Shown here: piece after piece, positions 19,542-29,716 of the stretch
How the letters are laid out: every line of letters starts with the position of its first letter
Position numbering within the stretch: position 1 is the first letter of the stretch
Virus record (IMG/VR): IMGVR_UViG_3300020810_001175
Span: 20,280-84,279 of that record
Reading direction: 5' to 3' (one strand)
DNA: 64,000 nt
Origin: a virus
Translations under genes and position numbers: made by a program
Notes under the pieces: generated by a model
What the model was told of the DNA's origin: nothing
The model's database searches: none
What the model saw: the letters and a program-made list of their open reading frames with translations, nothing else

Positions 19542-21794
19542 ATGAACCTTAATACCATAGCAAAAGACCTTTTTAACAAGATCAGAGGACAATTTCCTCA
19601 GGTAACATTGGGTGATTCTCAGGGAAAAATGACCACAGAACCTACCCAAGCAAGATTTTTTGACTTTGATTTTAAAGAAGGTGGAAACACTTTAGGAAAG
19701 GTAAGTATTAGCATAAGTGAAGAAGATGGCATGGTCGTTATGCACAGCAAAGACTTTGTTGAGCAAACAGATGAGCCATTAAAACGTGGATGGTTTAATT
19801 TTCTCAAAGAATTGAGAGGTTTTGCCAAAGCAAGAGTGCTTGGATTTGATACAAGAGATATCACAAAAAGCAATCTTGAAAAAAGAGACTATGACTTTTT
19901 AGGAAAAGGAAAAGAGGTAGAAAAAGTGAGCGAATCAAATTTATACGGCACAACAAAAACAAGTTTTCAAACTGTGGGCGAAGCAAGATTAGTAATCAAA
20001 CATTCAGCACCAGTAAATCCAACAGTAGCAGGTGGACGCACACACAGAATAGAATCTCTTTTCATAGAAAACAAAGCAGGCGAAAGATTCAAGTATCCAA
20101 TGAAACATTTGAATGGTGCAAGAGCAATGGCTCGACACGTATCAGAAGGTGGAAATCCATTTGATGATTTTGGAAAACACATCACAGAGATGAGTTCAGA
20201 GTTGAATCAGTTGAGAAAATTCAAAACATACATGAACAGATCCAATGTGATGGCTGAAGGTTTAAAAAAGTATCAGTCAGTTGTGGATGAAAGAATAGAA
20301 GAAATTAAATCAAACTGTTTACGTTTACAAAAACAAACTGCTTATAAAGAATCATTTGAAAGTTTTAGCAAATCAGAATTAGCAGAAGTTCCAGAAGATG
20401 TTAAAAAAAGTTGGATTGATGAATTAACAATCAAAACATTCAATGAAGAATTACAAGATGTATTTCCTTACATCTACAAATTGGTTACAGAAAGAACAGC
20501 AATAGAAGAACTAGGACCTAACTCATTTGAAGCACACGGATATCAAGGTGGCGTAGAGCCAAGAACGTTAAGATACGATCTTGCAGGAGACTTTGATCAA
20601 GACAGAGGTGTAAGTGAAAAAGATTCTGAAGATATAAAAAATCTTTTAGCAAAGGCTGGCATTAATGCTGATGTTCAACCAGACGAATCAAGACACCAAG
20701 GTGTTGTGATACACACAGATGCATCACCAGATGATGTAGAACAAGTGTTGGGTGGTATGATTGAAACCATCGATAATTTCCATGAATTTGAATCAGCAAT
20801 GGAATCAATTGTGAGAGAAGACAATGGATTGTTTTCACAAGATGCTGATGAACAAGCAGAAGCATTAGAAAAATTAAACACACTGATGGCAAAACATTTT
20901 CCAGCAGGTGTAAATGGTACCAACGGTATTGAAAGTTTACAAGGCATAATTGATGACGAAGAATTAAATGACGAAATTCAAAAAGCGGCAAGCGAAGATT
21001 CAGACATCTGCATACGTCCAATGATTATGGACTATGTGGCACAAAAAGATCCTACACTGGTTTCAAAAATTAGCACAGGCGACATGAAGCAAGAAGACGA
21101 AGCAATCACATTTGAAGACATCAAACCTTATGTTTCTATGTACAAAGGTGAAGATGGCAAAATGGTGTATGATGTGTTAGACAAAGATGGAGAATCAGTA
21201 GAAAAATTTGCTGATGCCAAAGGAGCAATGGCATATTTGAAACAAAATTTCAACAAATTAAAAAATAAAGAAGTTCAAACAGAAAACGAAACAGATTACG
21301 AAGGCTCGTTTGAATACGAATTACCAGGTGATGATGGTGAAATGGCTTATGGTACAATTCATTACAAAGCCATCAACGGTGTAGTTGATCCAAACTCTTT
21401 GAGAGGTGAATACGAATATGATGGTAATCACAAAGTAGATGATGACTATGCTAATGAAGTGATTAAACCAGGTGGCCCAGAACACGAAGAAGCATTAAAA
21501 GCCGCTCAAGAAGATTATGATTACGAAGCAAGTCGTATGAAATCTAAATTTGGTATAGAAGATCAAGAAGAAAAATCATTCAAAGACAAAGAACAAACTG
21601 TGGATGAATTTGTGAAAAGTTTCTTTGACTACACATCAAATCAATTTCCAAAAGGCGAAACAGCAGTGCTAACATCAGTAGAAAAGAAATTTGGTGACAA
21701 TGCTGTATCAACTGCACAGGAAACAATTCAGAAGTTAATGGCAAACAAAGATCCCGAAATTGCCAAAATCAAAAAATTAGCAGGCGTTCAATAA
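19542..21794 (+). CDS. Large acidic hypothetical protein (probable virion/head protein)
   Basis: 750-aa ORF; GATAAATA 6 nt before ATG; GERFKYP..HLNGARAMARHV motif. Confidence 0.6.
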   Translation: MNLNTIAKDLFNKIRGQFPQVTLGDSQGKMTTEPTQARFFDFDFKEGGNTLGKVSISISEEDGMVVMHSKDFVEQTDEPLKRGWFNFLKELRGFAKARVLGFDTRDITKSNLEKRDYDFLGKGKEVEKVSESNLYGTTKTSFQTVGEARLVIKHSAPVNPTVAGGRTHRIESLFIENKAGERFKYPMKHLNGARAMARHVSEGGNPFDDFGKHITEMSSELNQLRKFKTYMNRSNVMAEGLKKYQSVVDERIEEIKSNCLRLQKQTAYKESFESFSKSELAEVPEDVKKSWIDELTIKTFNEELQDVFPYIYKLVTERTAIEELGPNSFEAHGYQGGVEPRTLRYDLAGDFDQDRGVSEKDSEDIKNLLAKAGINADVQPDESRHQGVVIHTDASPDDVEQVLGGMIETIDNFHEFESAMESIVREDNGLFSQDADEQAEALEKLNTLMAKHFPAGVNGTNGIESLQGIIDDEELNDEIQKAASEDSDICIRPMIMDYVAQKDPTLVSKISTGDMKQEDEAITFEDIKPYVSMYKGEDGKMVYDVLDKDGESVEKFADAKGAMAYLKQNFNKLKNKEVQTENETDYEGSFEYELPGDDGEMAYGTIHYKAINGVVDPNSLRGEYEYDGNHKVDDDYANEVIKPGGPEHEEALKAAQEDYDYEASRMKSKFGIEDQEEKSFKDKEQTVDEFVKSFFDYTSNQFPKGETAVLTSVEKKFGDNAVSTAQETIQKLMANKDPEIAKIKKLAGVQ

Positions 21795-21813
21795 ACAACT
21801 TTACCATTTCAGG

Positions 21814-21870
21814 TTGACTAAATAGTAATATTAGTATATATTTGACAATATGTTTGTCTTGTGCTATACT
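21814..21870 (+). promoter_or_regulatory. Tandem sigma70-type promoters for ssb
   Basis: TTGACT-17-TATATT (21814) and TTGACA-17-TATACT with TG extension (21842). Confidence 0.7.
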
Positions 21871-21926
21871 AATTTTATAAAGGCACATAATATAATAACA
21901 ACAGGCAACAATAGGAGGCTTAAATT

Positions 21927-22898
21927 ATGGCAACACTAGCAGAAATACGTGCTAAACTGAAAGAACAAGAAGTTAAGACAGGTGGCACTACTTCAAGAAC
22001 AGGCGGAGACAACGCCATTTACCCATTTTGGAATCTAAAAGAAGGAGAGCAGGCAACTGTTCGATTCTTACCAGATGGCGATAAAGAAAACACTTTTTTC
22101 TGGAAAGAGAGATTGATGATCAAACTACCTTTCGCAGGACTTAAAGGTGAAACAGATTCAAGACCAGTACAAGTACAAGTTCCATGTATGGAAATGTATG
22201 GTGAGTCTTGTCCAATCTTATCTGAGGTAAGAGGATGGTTCAAAGATCCTAAATTAGAAGATTTAGGAAGAAAATATTGGAAGAAAAGAAGTTATATCTT
22301 CCAAGGTTTTGTAAAGGACGATCCACTTAACGAAGAATCAACTCCAGAGAATCCAATTAGAAGATTCATAATTGGTCCACAAATATTCCAAATTATCAAA
22401 GGAGCATTAATGGATCCAGATATGGAAGATCTTCCAACTGATTCAACAAGCGGTGTTGATTTTAGAATTATCAAAACATCCAAAGGTGGATATGCTGATT
22501 ATTCAACATCAACATGGTCTAGAAAATCAAGACCTTTAACAGAAGAAGAAAGCAAAGCGATTGAGTCAAATGGTTTATTCAATCTAAACGATTTCTTACC
22601 TAAAAAACCTTCAGAAGTTGAAGTTAAGGTAATGAAAGAAATGTTTGAAGCATCTGTTGACGGTGAAGCATATGACATGGACAAATTTGGTCAGTACTTT
22701 AGACCAGCGGGCGTGTCAGCAAAAACTGGTGATCCAGTAACTCCAAGAGCAGAAACACCTACTCCTGAAGTGAAAGCAGAACCAGTAGTTGAGGCAAAAA
22801 CTCAAGAAACACCAAAGCCAACTGCGGAAGAAAATAAATCTTCAAGCGGAAAAGCAGAGGATATCTTGGCAATGATAAGAGCAAGACAATCAAAATAG
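21927..22898 (+). CDS. gp32: Single-stranded DNA-binding protein (T4 gp32-like)
   Basis: VRFLPDG, CMEMYGESCPI, YWKKRSY, GYADYS.S; strong SD AGGAGG. Confidence 0.88.
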   Translation: MATLAEIRAKLKEQEVKTGGTTSRTGGDNAIYPFWNLKEGEQATVRFLPDGDKENTFFWKERLMIKLPFAGLKGETDSRPVQVQVPCMEMYGESCPILSEVRGWFKDPKLEDLGRKYWKKRSYIFQGFVKDDPLNEESTPENPIRRFIIGPQIFQIIKGALMDPDMEDLPTDSTSGVDFRIIKTSKGGYADYSTSTWSRKSRPLTEEESKAIESNGLFNLNDFLPKKPSEVEVKVMKEMFEASVDGEAYDMDKFGQYFRPAGVSAKTGDPVTPRAETPTPEVKAEPVVEAKTQETPKPTAEENKSSSGKAEDILAMIRARQSK

Positions 22899-22908
22899 TA
22901 AAGTACAT

Positions 22909-22930
22909 TGTGGGGAGGCAACTCCCCACA
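22909..22930 (+). terminator. GC-rich stem-loop after ssb (terminator or stabiliser)
   Basis: TGTGGGGAG-GCAA-CTCCCCACA, perfect 9-bp stem with a GNRA loop; no U tract. Confidence 0.6.
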
Positions 22931-22953
22931 CATACTAAAAGAAGGAATAAATT

Positions 22954-24021
22954 ATGGTAAAGGCATTTGATGTAAGTAAATTTAGAAAAAACTTAACAAA
23001 ATCCATCACTGGAATGAGTGCTGGATTTCATGATCCAACAGATTGGATTTCAACAGGTAACTTCGCACTTAACTATTTGGTAAGTGGCGATTTCAACAAA
23101 GGTATTCCACTAGGCAAAGTAACTGTATTTGCAGGAGAGTCTGGAGCAGGTAAATCATATATCTGTTCAGGAAACATTGTCAAAGCGGCACAGGATCAAG
23201 GTATATTTGTTGTACTAATTGATTCAGAAAACGCACTTGACGAAGCATGGTTACACGCATTAGGAGTTGATACAGATGAGAAAAAATTATTAAAACTGAA
23301 TATGTCAATGATTGATGATGTTGCTAAAACAGTATCAACATTTATGGCAGACTATAAAGAAATGCCTGAGGCTGACAGACCAAAAGTTTTATTTGTGATT
23401 GACTCATTGGGTATGTTACTAACGCCGACAGATGTTGATCAGTTTAATAAAGGTGATATGAAGGGTGACATGGGTAGAAAACCTAAGGCACTTACATCAC
23501 TTGTGAGAAACTGTGTTAATATGTTTGGTTCACACAATGTTGGACTTGTAGCAACCAATCACACATATGCATCACAGGATATGTTTGATCCTGATGATAA
23601 GATATCAGGTGGACAAGGATTTATCTATGCATCATCTATTGTAGTTGCAATGAAAAAATTGAAACTAAAAGAAGATGAAGACGGTAATAAAACAACAGAC
23701 GTCAAAGGTATTAGAGCAGGTTGTAAAGTAATGAAAACTCGTTATGCTAAACCTTTTGAAGGTGTGCAAGTTAAGATTCCATATGAAACAGGAATGAATC
23801 CATACAGTGGACTAGTTGATCTATTTGAAAAGAAAGGTATACTGTCCAAAGATGGAAACAGACTTAAATATGTGGATTCAAAAGGAACAGAAGTTAAAGA
23901 ATATCGTAAGGTTTGGGAAGCCGGCGGCGACTTATTAGACAACATTATGAAAGACTTTAACAGTATAGTTTCTACAGAAGAAGAAAAACAAACAACAGAA
24001 ACAGAAGCAGTTGAGGAGTAA
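22954..24021 (+). CDS. uvsX: RecA-like recombinase
   Basis: AGESGAGKS Walker A, IDSENALD, VIDSLG, TNHTY, SGG. Confidence 0.93.
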   Translation: MVKAFDVSKFRKNLTKSITGMSAGFHDPTDWISTGNFALNYLVSGDFNKGIPLGKVTVFAGESGAGKSYICSGNIVKAAQDQGIFVVLIDSENALDEAWLHALGVDTDEKKLLKLNMSMIDDVAKTVSTFMADYKEMPEADRPKVLFVIDSLGMLLTPTDVDQFNKGDMKGDMGRKPKALTSLVRNCVNMFGSHNVGLVATNHTYASQDMFDPDDKISGGQGFIYASSIVVAMKKLKLKEDEDGNKTTDVKGIRAGCKVMKTRYAKPFEGVQVKIPYETGMNPYSGLVDLFEKKGILSKDGNRLKYVDSKGTEVKEYRKVWEAGGDLLDNIMKDFNSIVSTEEEKQTTETEAVEE

Positions 24022-24022
24022 A

Positions 24023-24241
24023 ATGATTGAAGGAAGTCAGTTAGTTGAAATTTGGCAGTTTTTCAAAGAATACGTTGATAGAAAACAATCTATGGACGTT
24101 GTCGCAGAAAAATTTGTAGATTTAATGGCAGACTATGGCGTTGATGATGAAGAGTTTCAAAACGCACTAGGCGCCGATGACGATTTGGATCAAGCAATTC
24201 AATATTATTTGGATGCTGAATCCGAAGACGAGGATTATTAA
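24023..24241 (+). CDS. Small acidic hypothetical protein
   Basis: SD GAGGAG before ATG 24023; between uvsX and uvsY. Confidence 0.6.
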   Translation: MIEGSQLVEIWQFFKEYVDRKQSMDVVAEKFVDLMADYGVDDEEFQNALGADDDLDQAIQYYLDAESEDEDY

Positions 24242-24699
24242 TGGCTGGATGGTATCAGAAAATTGCTAAAGATATTGGAGTAATTCCTGATGCCATCAAG
24301 CATTACGAAGATGAACTCGAACAGGCAAGATCAGAAATAAGAATACGAGGTAATATCGAGAAAGCATCAGCAGATATGCCTGGTATTGTTGAACAAAGAT
24401 TTAATCAGTTACAAGAAATAGAAGCAATTCTACAATACATGAACATAGAATTACGTAGATTGCGTTCGAAACATTTCAAAAAATATTTAGAAAACTATCA
24501 AAGAGCATTATCCAGCAGAGATGTTGAAAAGTACGTCGACGGTGAAGCAGATGTTGTTGATTATGAAAAAATAATTAATGAATTTGCACTGTTAAGGAAC
24601 AAATGGTTAGGTATTACAAAAGGACTTGATCAGAAACAATGGCAAATGACAAACATTGTTAAATTAAGAGTTGCTGGTATGGAAGACGCTTCTATATAA
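24241..24699 (+). CDS. uvsY: Recombination mediator UvsY-like
   Basis: Coiled-coil, SSRDVEKYVDGE, KGLDQKQW...IVKLR; next to uvsX. Confidence 0.7.
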   Translation: MAGWYQKIAKDIGVIPDAIKHYEDELEQARSEIRIRGNIEKASADMPGIVEQRFNQLQEIEAILQYMNIELRRLRSKHFKKYLENYQRALSSRDVEKYVDGEADVVDYEKIINEFALLRNKWLGITKGLDQKQWQMTNIVKLRVAGMEDASI

Positions 24700-24735
24700 C
24701 ACAATACCAAAAAATATATCAATAAATATTCAAAA

Positions 24736-25473
24736 ATGACTTTGAATATTCCATCATACATTATCACAATGCAAGGCGAATCTGTGAGCGAAACATTATC
24801 ACAAGAATGTGCCAAATCTGCTGAACAGTTTGGTATAAACACAGTAATTTTTCCTGCAACTCATGGAAAAGATATCAATGTACAATGGCACAAACATAAT
24901 CTAAAAGATTTTAAGTTCAATCAACGCATTAAAAAAATAAATCCTGGAATGGTAGGTTGTTTGATATCTCATTTGTCCTTGTGGAAAAAATGTATAGAAA
25001 TACAACAACCAATTTTAATTTTTGAGCACGATGCTTTGATGATAAGGGAGATTCCTCACAGTATATTGGATAAATTTAAAGATGTTTGTAATTTAGATTG
25101 GCTCAGTCGACGCACAACAAATTATGACGAAGAAGTAAAGATTGACAGAGGTCCTGGTGTTAAACTTTATATGGAAAAACGACCACCGTATTCTGGATTG
25201 GAACTTTATAATAAAAGTCATATAAAAGGTGCTCACAGTTACATTGTAAAACCGCAAGGTGCACAAAAGTTAGTAGACTTTGTATGGTCAGCAGGAGCAT
25301 TGGCTCCAGATGTTATTATTAACAGTATAAGTTGTTTATTGACGTATTCTGAAACCAGTTATTGTAGAATTAATCCTCGTTTTTGGAATTCTTCAAGAAT
25401 GAAGGCAAAAAATAGTTTTTGTCGACCTAATAATAAAGACAAAATTGCAATGAAAGAAGGAAAAAATGTTTGA
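24736..25473 (+). CDS. Glycosyltransferase family 25
   Basis: GCLISHLSLW, ILIFEHDA, GAHSYIVKPQGAQKL. Confidence 0.85.
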   Translation: MTLNIPSYIITMQGESVSETLSQECAKSAEQFGINTVIFPATHGKDINVQWHKHNLKDFKFNQRIKKINPGMVGCLISHLSLWKKCIEIQQPILIFEHDALMIREIPHSILDKFKDVCNLDWLSRRTTNYDEEVKIDRGPGVKLYMEKRPPYSGLELYNKSHIKGAHSYIVKPQGAQKLVDFVWSAGALAPDVIINSISCLLTYSETSYCRINPRFWNSSRMKAKNSFCRPNNKDKIAMKEGKNV

Positions 25474-26314
25474 TCAACAAAACATTGCTGGAGATTTTCC
25501 TAAAAATAAAGCCCACATCATTTATTACAGTTGTGATCCTACATATTGGGCTGAGCACGGACAATATCTTGCAAAAAGTACTCTAGCACTAAACAAAAAA
25601 AATCTGATTCATGTACACGTTCATATGATTTACGAACATAATCAATCACACACATTAAAAAATTTAATACAAGATGAAAACATAACGTATACATACGAAA
25701 TTCATTCAAAAGATTTTTATGATCAATTTCAACTAGCAAAAGAGCATCCATTGTTTAGCAGAGGACCAGAAATTTGTAATACAAAGTCAGATGATGAATT
25801 AAAAAGAAAAATATATCTTTCAAGTGCTAGATTTTTTTACTTTGACAAATTTTTTGATAGATACCAACACGTTTTACAATTAGATGCTGACGGAATTAAT
25901 AGAGAACGACTGCCTTTACTAGAATTTAAAACCATAACCACTTTTCCAGCCGCCATGCGTAAACCTAAAGATCCTAGTGTATACATTGCCAGTTGCGTTA
26001 CACCTGGAATTGGGGAGGCCGGAGAAACTTTTAAAAAAGAATTAAGCACTTCGATGATAGAAGCATTCAAAAAACCTATATATTGGTTTGTGGATCAACA
26101 CGTATTAAAAAAACTATTAGATGCAAGACAATTTGTCAGTATTCCTTACAAATGGAACAGTTGGGGACTGAAATCAGGTGGTGAACTTTTCAGTACAGCC
26201 AAAGGTACAAAAAAATATGGCTTTAGATATAAAAGTTTAAAATATGCTTGGTTCGATGATAACGACAAATTAAAATTTCATAAAAACAAAGCCAAAGAAC
26301 ATGGAAAAAAATAA
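25466..26314 (+). CDS. Putative GT-A glycosyltransferase
   Basis: LQLDADG (DxD), WFVDQ, island context. Confidence 0.55.
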   Translation: MFDQQNIAGDFPKNKAHIIYYSCDPTYWAEHGQYLAKSTLALNKKNLIHVHVHMIYEHNQSHTLKNLIQDENITYTYEIHSKDFYDQFQLAKEHPLFSRGPEICNTKSDDELKRKIYLSSARFFYFDKFFDRYQHVLQLDADGINRERLPLLEFKTITTFPAAMRKPKDPSVYIASCVTPGIGEAGETFKKELSTSMIEAFKKPIYWFVDQHVLKKLLDARQFVSIPYKWNSWGLKSGGELFSTAKGTKKYGFRYKSLKYAWFDDNDKLKFHKNKAKEHGKK

Positions 26315-26882
26315 AGGTTACATCATTTATTTGAAAAATCATAAAAATTCTGTTGAATGGGCTCAACAGGCACTGGCATCTGGCAGGGCATTAGATTGGA
26401 ATTTAGAATTGTACGAAGGAGTTGATGGCACTACAACATCAATTGAAAAAAATAATTTAAAATTATTCAAAAATAGTAAAAAAAGTTTTAAATTGATGCA
26501 GAGACCAGGCACACTGGGTTGTTTTCTTAGCCAGTACAGTTTATGGAAAAAATGTTATAAGGAAAATACATCTATCTGTATTTTTGAACACGATGTTGTG
26601 TTCAAAAAACCTTTTTCAATCGAGCAAGAATTTGAAGATGTGTTAAAATTCGAAGGGTTCATGCCAGCCAAACCAATGAGTGTGGGACAATGGTGGGAAG
26701 GTGCAAGAGCATACTGTTTGAAACCACAAGGAGCCAAAAAAATTTTAGATTTTGTTAAAAATCAAGGAGCCATGCCTGCCGATTGGTGTCTCAATTCGGG
26801 AATTTTAAATGTAGAATTTGATAAATCTAATAAAGTAACATTCGATCATAAAAAATTCAGTTTCACAAAGGACCTCAAATGA
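26301..26882 (+). CDS. Glycosyltransferase family 25
   Basis: EGVDG, GCFLSQYSLW, IFEHDV, AYCLKPQGAKK, PAD. Confidence 0.85.
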   Translation: MEKNKGYIIYLKNHKNSVEWAQQALASGRALDWNLELYEGVDGTTTSIEKNNLKLFKNSKKSFKLMQRPGTLGCFLSQYSLWKKCYKENTSICIFEHDVVFKKPFSIEQEFEDVLKFEGFMPAKPMSVGQWWEGARAYCLKPQGAKKILDFVKNQGAMPADWCLNSGILNVEFDKSNKVTFDHKKFSFTKDLK

Positions 26883-27658
26883 AAAAATTAATATTTCAAG
26901 TAAGTGTGGGTAAACCAAGTAAACTATACGAAACCTGTATTCAGAGTGTGGCTGATTATTGTAAAAAATTTTCCATAGATCACATTGTATTAACTGAACC
27001 TAAACTAAAAATAAGACCCGATCCTACAAGAACAGGTAGAAGTCTTCAAGCAGTTGAAAGATTAGGCTATATGCCTATTTACGAAAAAGAAAATGCATTT
27101 GAGTACCTTGATAGATATGATCAAGTGGCAATAGTAGACAGCGACATTTATATTAAATCATCTGCTCCTGATATATTTTTAGATTTACCACAACAATACG
27201 ACTTTGGTGGTGTATTGGAAAGAGAGATGCCGTTGAATCACAAATATCAAAATAAGATTAGAAAATATTCACAAAGTGCTTTTAGCAATTTAAAAGATGT
27301 TGATTGGAAATGGAATACACTAGGTGCTGAATTTTACAATATGGGACTAATGGTGATGAATAAATCATTTGCCAAATATCTAAATGGACAAACTCCCCGT
27401 GAATTCATTCTAAGACCTGAATTTAAGGATTTTGTAGATGGCGTAGGCTTTTACAAATGGAGCACAGATCAGATGTTGTTGAATTGGTTTGTAAAAAAAC
27501 AAAATATTAAATGTAAAAACATGGACTGGCGTTGGAATTCATTATACACAGCAGTTGAGAAACATAAACAGACAGAAAGTTACTTTGTTCACTTCTTTTT
27601 GAGAGATCATTTACCAGAACGTGGTGAAAACATAAAAGAATTATTAAAAAAAATATGA
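26879..27658 (+). CDS. GT-A glycosyltransferase (GT8/GT34-like)
   Basis: IVDSDIYI DxD, YNMGLMV, DQMLLN, WN, VHF. Confidence 0.75.
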   Translation: MKKLIFQVSVGKPSKLYETCIQSVADYCKKFSIDHIVLTEPKLKIRPDPTRTGRSLQAVERLGYMPIYEKENAFEYLDRYDQVAIVDSDIYIKSSAPDIFLDLPQQYDFGGVLEREMPLNHKYQNKIRKYSQSAFSNLKDVDWKWNTLGAEFYNMGLMVMNKSFAKYLNGQTPREFILRPEFKDFVDGVGFYKWSTDQMLLNWFVKKQNIKCKNMDWRWNSLYTAVEKHKQTESYFVHFFLRDHLPERGENIKELLKKI

Positions 27659-28443
27659 TACATCTAGCAATACGTTCGATGAGTATTAAAAAACGTAATA
27701 GAAGATACACGACTCCTGGTCTAGGCGACAGAATTCATACACTTATGATAGGATACTTGTTTTCTCAAGCAAAAAAAGATCAGGTTACGTTACATCTTAC
27801 AAGTGATAAAGGCATTGAAAGAAAATTAAAAAGTTACAATGAATTGTTAAAATTATTTCCAAAAGACACGGTACACTTACAAATTCACGATGTGTCCGGT
27901 CTACCGGAAATAAAGTGGATACAATATTTACAAGCGAAAAACATCGATGCCAAGCCTTATTTTTATAAAGATTATCAACATTTAAACAAATTAGATACAA
28001 CAGAAGAAATTGATATTTCAAAATATTTTAGAAATTTTACACCCTTAAAGTTCTCACAAAAAAGTTTATTTTCATTACCGACAGAAAAATTCATTGTTAC
28101 ACAATTTGATAGTACTGATAAACAAAGAGGTATAAAAAAGCAAATCGTTGATAAAATTCTTAAGAATTATGAAGATTTGCGTTATAAAAAAATAGTGATA
28201 GGAGGAGATGCTACAGAAGATTTGTTAAAGTCTACACATCCAGACAATATTATTAACACAGCATACGCAATATCAAAAGCAGAATATTATGTTGGTGTAG
28301 ACTCTGCTATGATGCACATGGCATCAATGTATTTGCCAGCAGAAAAAATGCATCTGTATCATACAGGTGCAGTAGAAAAAAGTCATCATCTTTTACGAAA
28401 TATTGATAATGGTGCAGTGTTAAATAACTATGGATTGAAATAA
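27655..28443 (+). CDS. GT9-like (heptosyltransferase-like) glycosyltransferase
   Basis: GLGD near the N-terminus and YYVGVDSAMMHMAS, matching the GT9 G-D-S-x3-H motif. Confidence 0.6.
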   Translation: MIHLAIRSMSIKKRNRRYTTPGLGDRIHTLMIGYLFSQAKKDQVTLHLTSDKGIERKLKSYNELLKLFPKDTVHLQIHDVSGLPEIKWIQYLQAKNIDAKPYFYKDYQHLNKLDTTEEIDISKYFRNFTPLKFSQKSLFSLPTEKFIVTQFDSTDKQRGIKKQIVDKILKNYEDLRYKKIVIGGDATEDLLKSTHPDNIINTAYAISKAEYYVGVDSAMMHMASMYLPAEKMHLYHTGAVEKSHHLLRNIDNGAVLNNYGLK

Positions 28444-29138
28444 TGAAATCATTTATAATACACGTAACATCAAATAAAAAGTCAGTTGAATATGCAAATA
28501 TATGCTCAGAAAGTTGCAAAGGAAAATTCGATGCAGAACTTTTTGAAGGTGTGACACCAGAAACTTTACCTACATACGAAGAAAAATATCCATTCACACA
28601 TATGGTGGACAGCAGAGCAAAAGACTTCAATGATCAGAACAAACTGTTATACAGAGTTAAAAAATCGTGTTTTATGAATCATGTAAGATTGTGGAATAAA
28701 TGTATAGAATTAAATGAAACCATTGCAGTAATTGAACAAGATTCGTTTTGCGTAAGACCTTGGCAACCAGTTAATTTTGACGATGTATTAATACTTAATT
28801 TTGAATCTGCATGGAATCAAAGAATCTTTAAAGGCTTCTGGAAAGAAGGACACAAAAAACCAAAAATTAAGCCAGGCGTGTTTGATTATGAATTCAATCA
28901 AATGATGCACTATCATAGAAAAAATTACTATCATAACAGTTATCGAATACCAGGCACCGCCGCATATGCTGTCACAGTGCAAGGTGCTAAGAAACTTTTA
29001 GACAGTTTAAACAAGAATGGTTGGGAACAATCTGATTATTTTGTAAATAACAAGAACGTAAGATTACAGGCATTTGGCCCTGAATTCTTTACATTTAAAA
29101 TGCCAAATTTAAACATGAGTCACGGTAAACATTTATGA
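28443..29138 (+). CDS. Glycosyltransferase family 25
   Basis: SCFMNHVRLW, VIEQD, GTAAYAVTVQGAKKLL. Confidence 0.8.
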   Translation: MKSFIIHVTSNKKSVEYANICSESCKGKFDAELFEGVTPETLPTYEEKYPFTHMVDSRAKDFNDQNKLLYRVKKSCFMNHVRLWNKCIELNETIAVIEQDSFCVRPWQPVNFDDVLILNFESAWNQRIFKGFWKEGHKKPKIKPGVFDYEFNQMMHYHRKNYYHNSYRIPGTAAYAVTVQGAKKLLDSLNKNGWEQSDYFVNNKNVRLQAFGPEFFTFKMPNLNMSHGKHL

Positions 29139-29710
29139 TGGTAGGTGAAAATAAATTTTCTGTAAAAACTTTACAAAGAATTCCTGAAAATTCAATAGGC
29201 GCAGAACTGGGAGTTTGGAAGGGAGATTCATCGAAATTATTTCTTAAGAAAGTAAAATTATTACATCTTGTAGATAGTTGGTCAGTGAGTCCTTACAATA
29301 ATAGCACCGAGCATGGAACATATGAAGCATATATTGAACGTTATAAAAAAATTGTAGGTAGTAAAGATCCAAACGATTTTCAAAAGTATTATGACAAAAT
29401 ATATGAAGGTGTTGTGGATCGTTTTAAAGGACAACCTGTAAACATACACAGATGCACCACAACAGAATTTTTTGAAAGAAATAAAGATCTACAATTAGAC
29501 TGGGTGTATGTAGATGCCGCTCATAGTTATGAAGGATGCTTAAAAGACTTGTATGGCAGTTTAAATATAATAAAAAAGGGTGGATTTATATTTGGAGATG
29601 ACTACACAAACAAGCCTGGAGTGAACAAAGCGGTAAAACAATTTGTGAAAGAAACAGGATTGAAGTTTGATAATTTTTATAATAATCAATTCCAAATAGA
29701 TGTAATCTAA
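29135..29710 (+). CDS. Class I SAM methyltransferase (Methyltransf_24-like)
   Basis: AELGVWKG, VDSW, YVDAAHSYE, GDDY. Confidence 0.85.
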   Translation: MMVGENKFSVKTLQRIPENSIGAELGVWKGDSSKLFLKKVKLLHLVDSWSVSPYNNSTEHGTYEAYIERYKKIVGSKDPNDFQKYYDKIYEGVVDRFKGQPVNIHRCTTTEFFERNKDLQLDWVYVDAAHSYEGCLKDLYGSLNIIKKGGFIFGDDYTNKPGVNKAVKQFVKETGLKFDNFYNNQFQIDVI

Positions 29711-29716
29711 AATGTT

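Noticed and set aside
19542-21794. Portal protein call based on position after terL
   Set aside because: No T4 gp20 motifs recognised; left as hypothetical.
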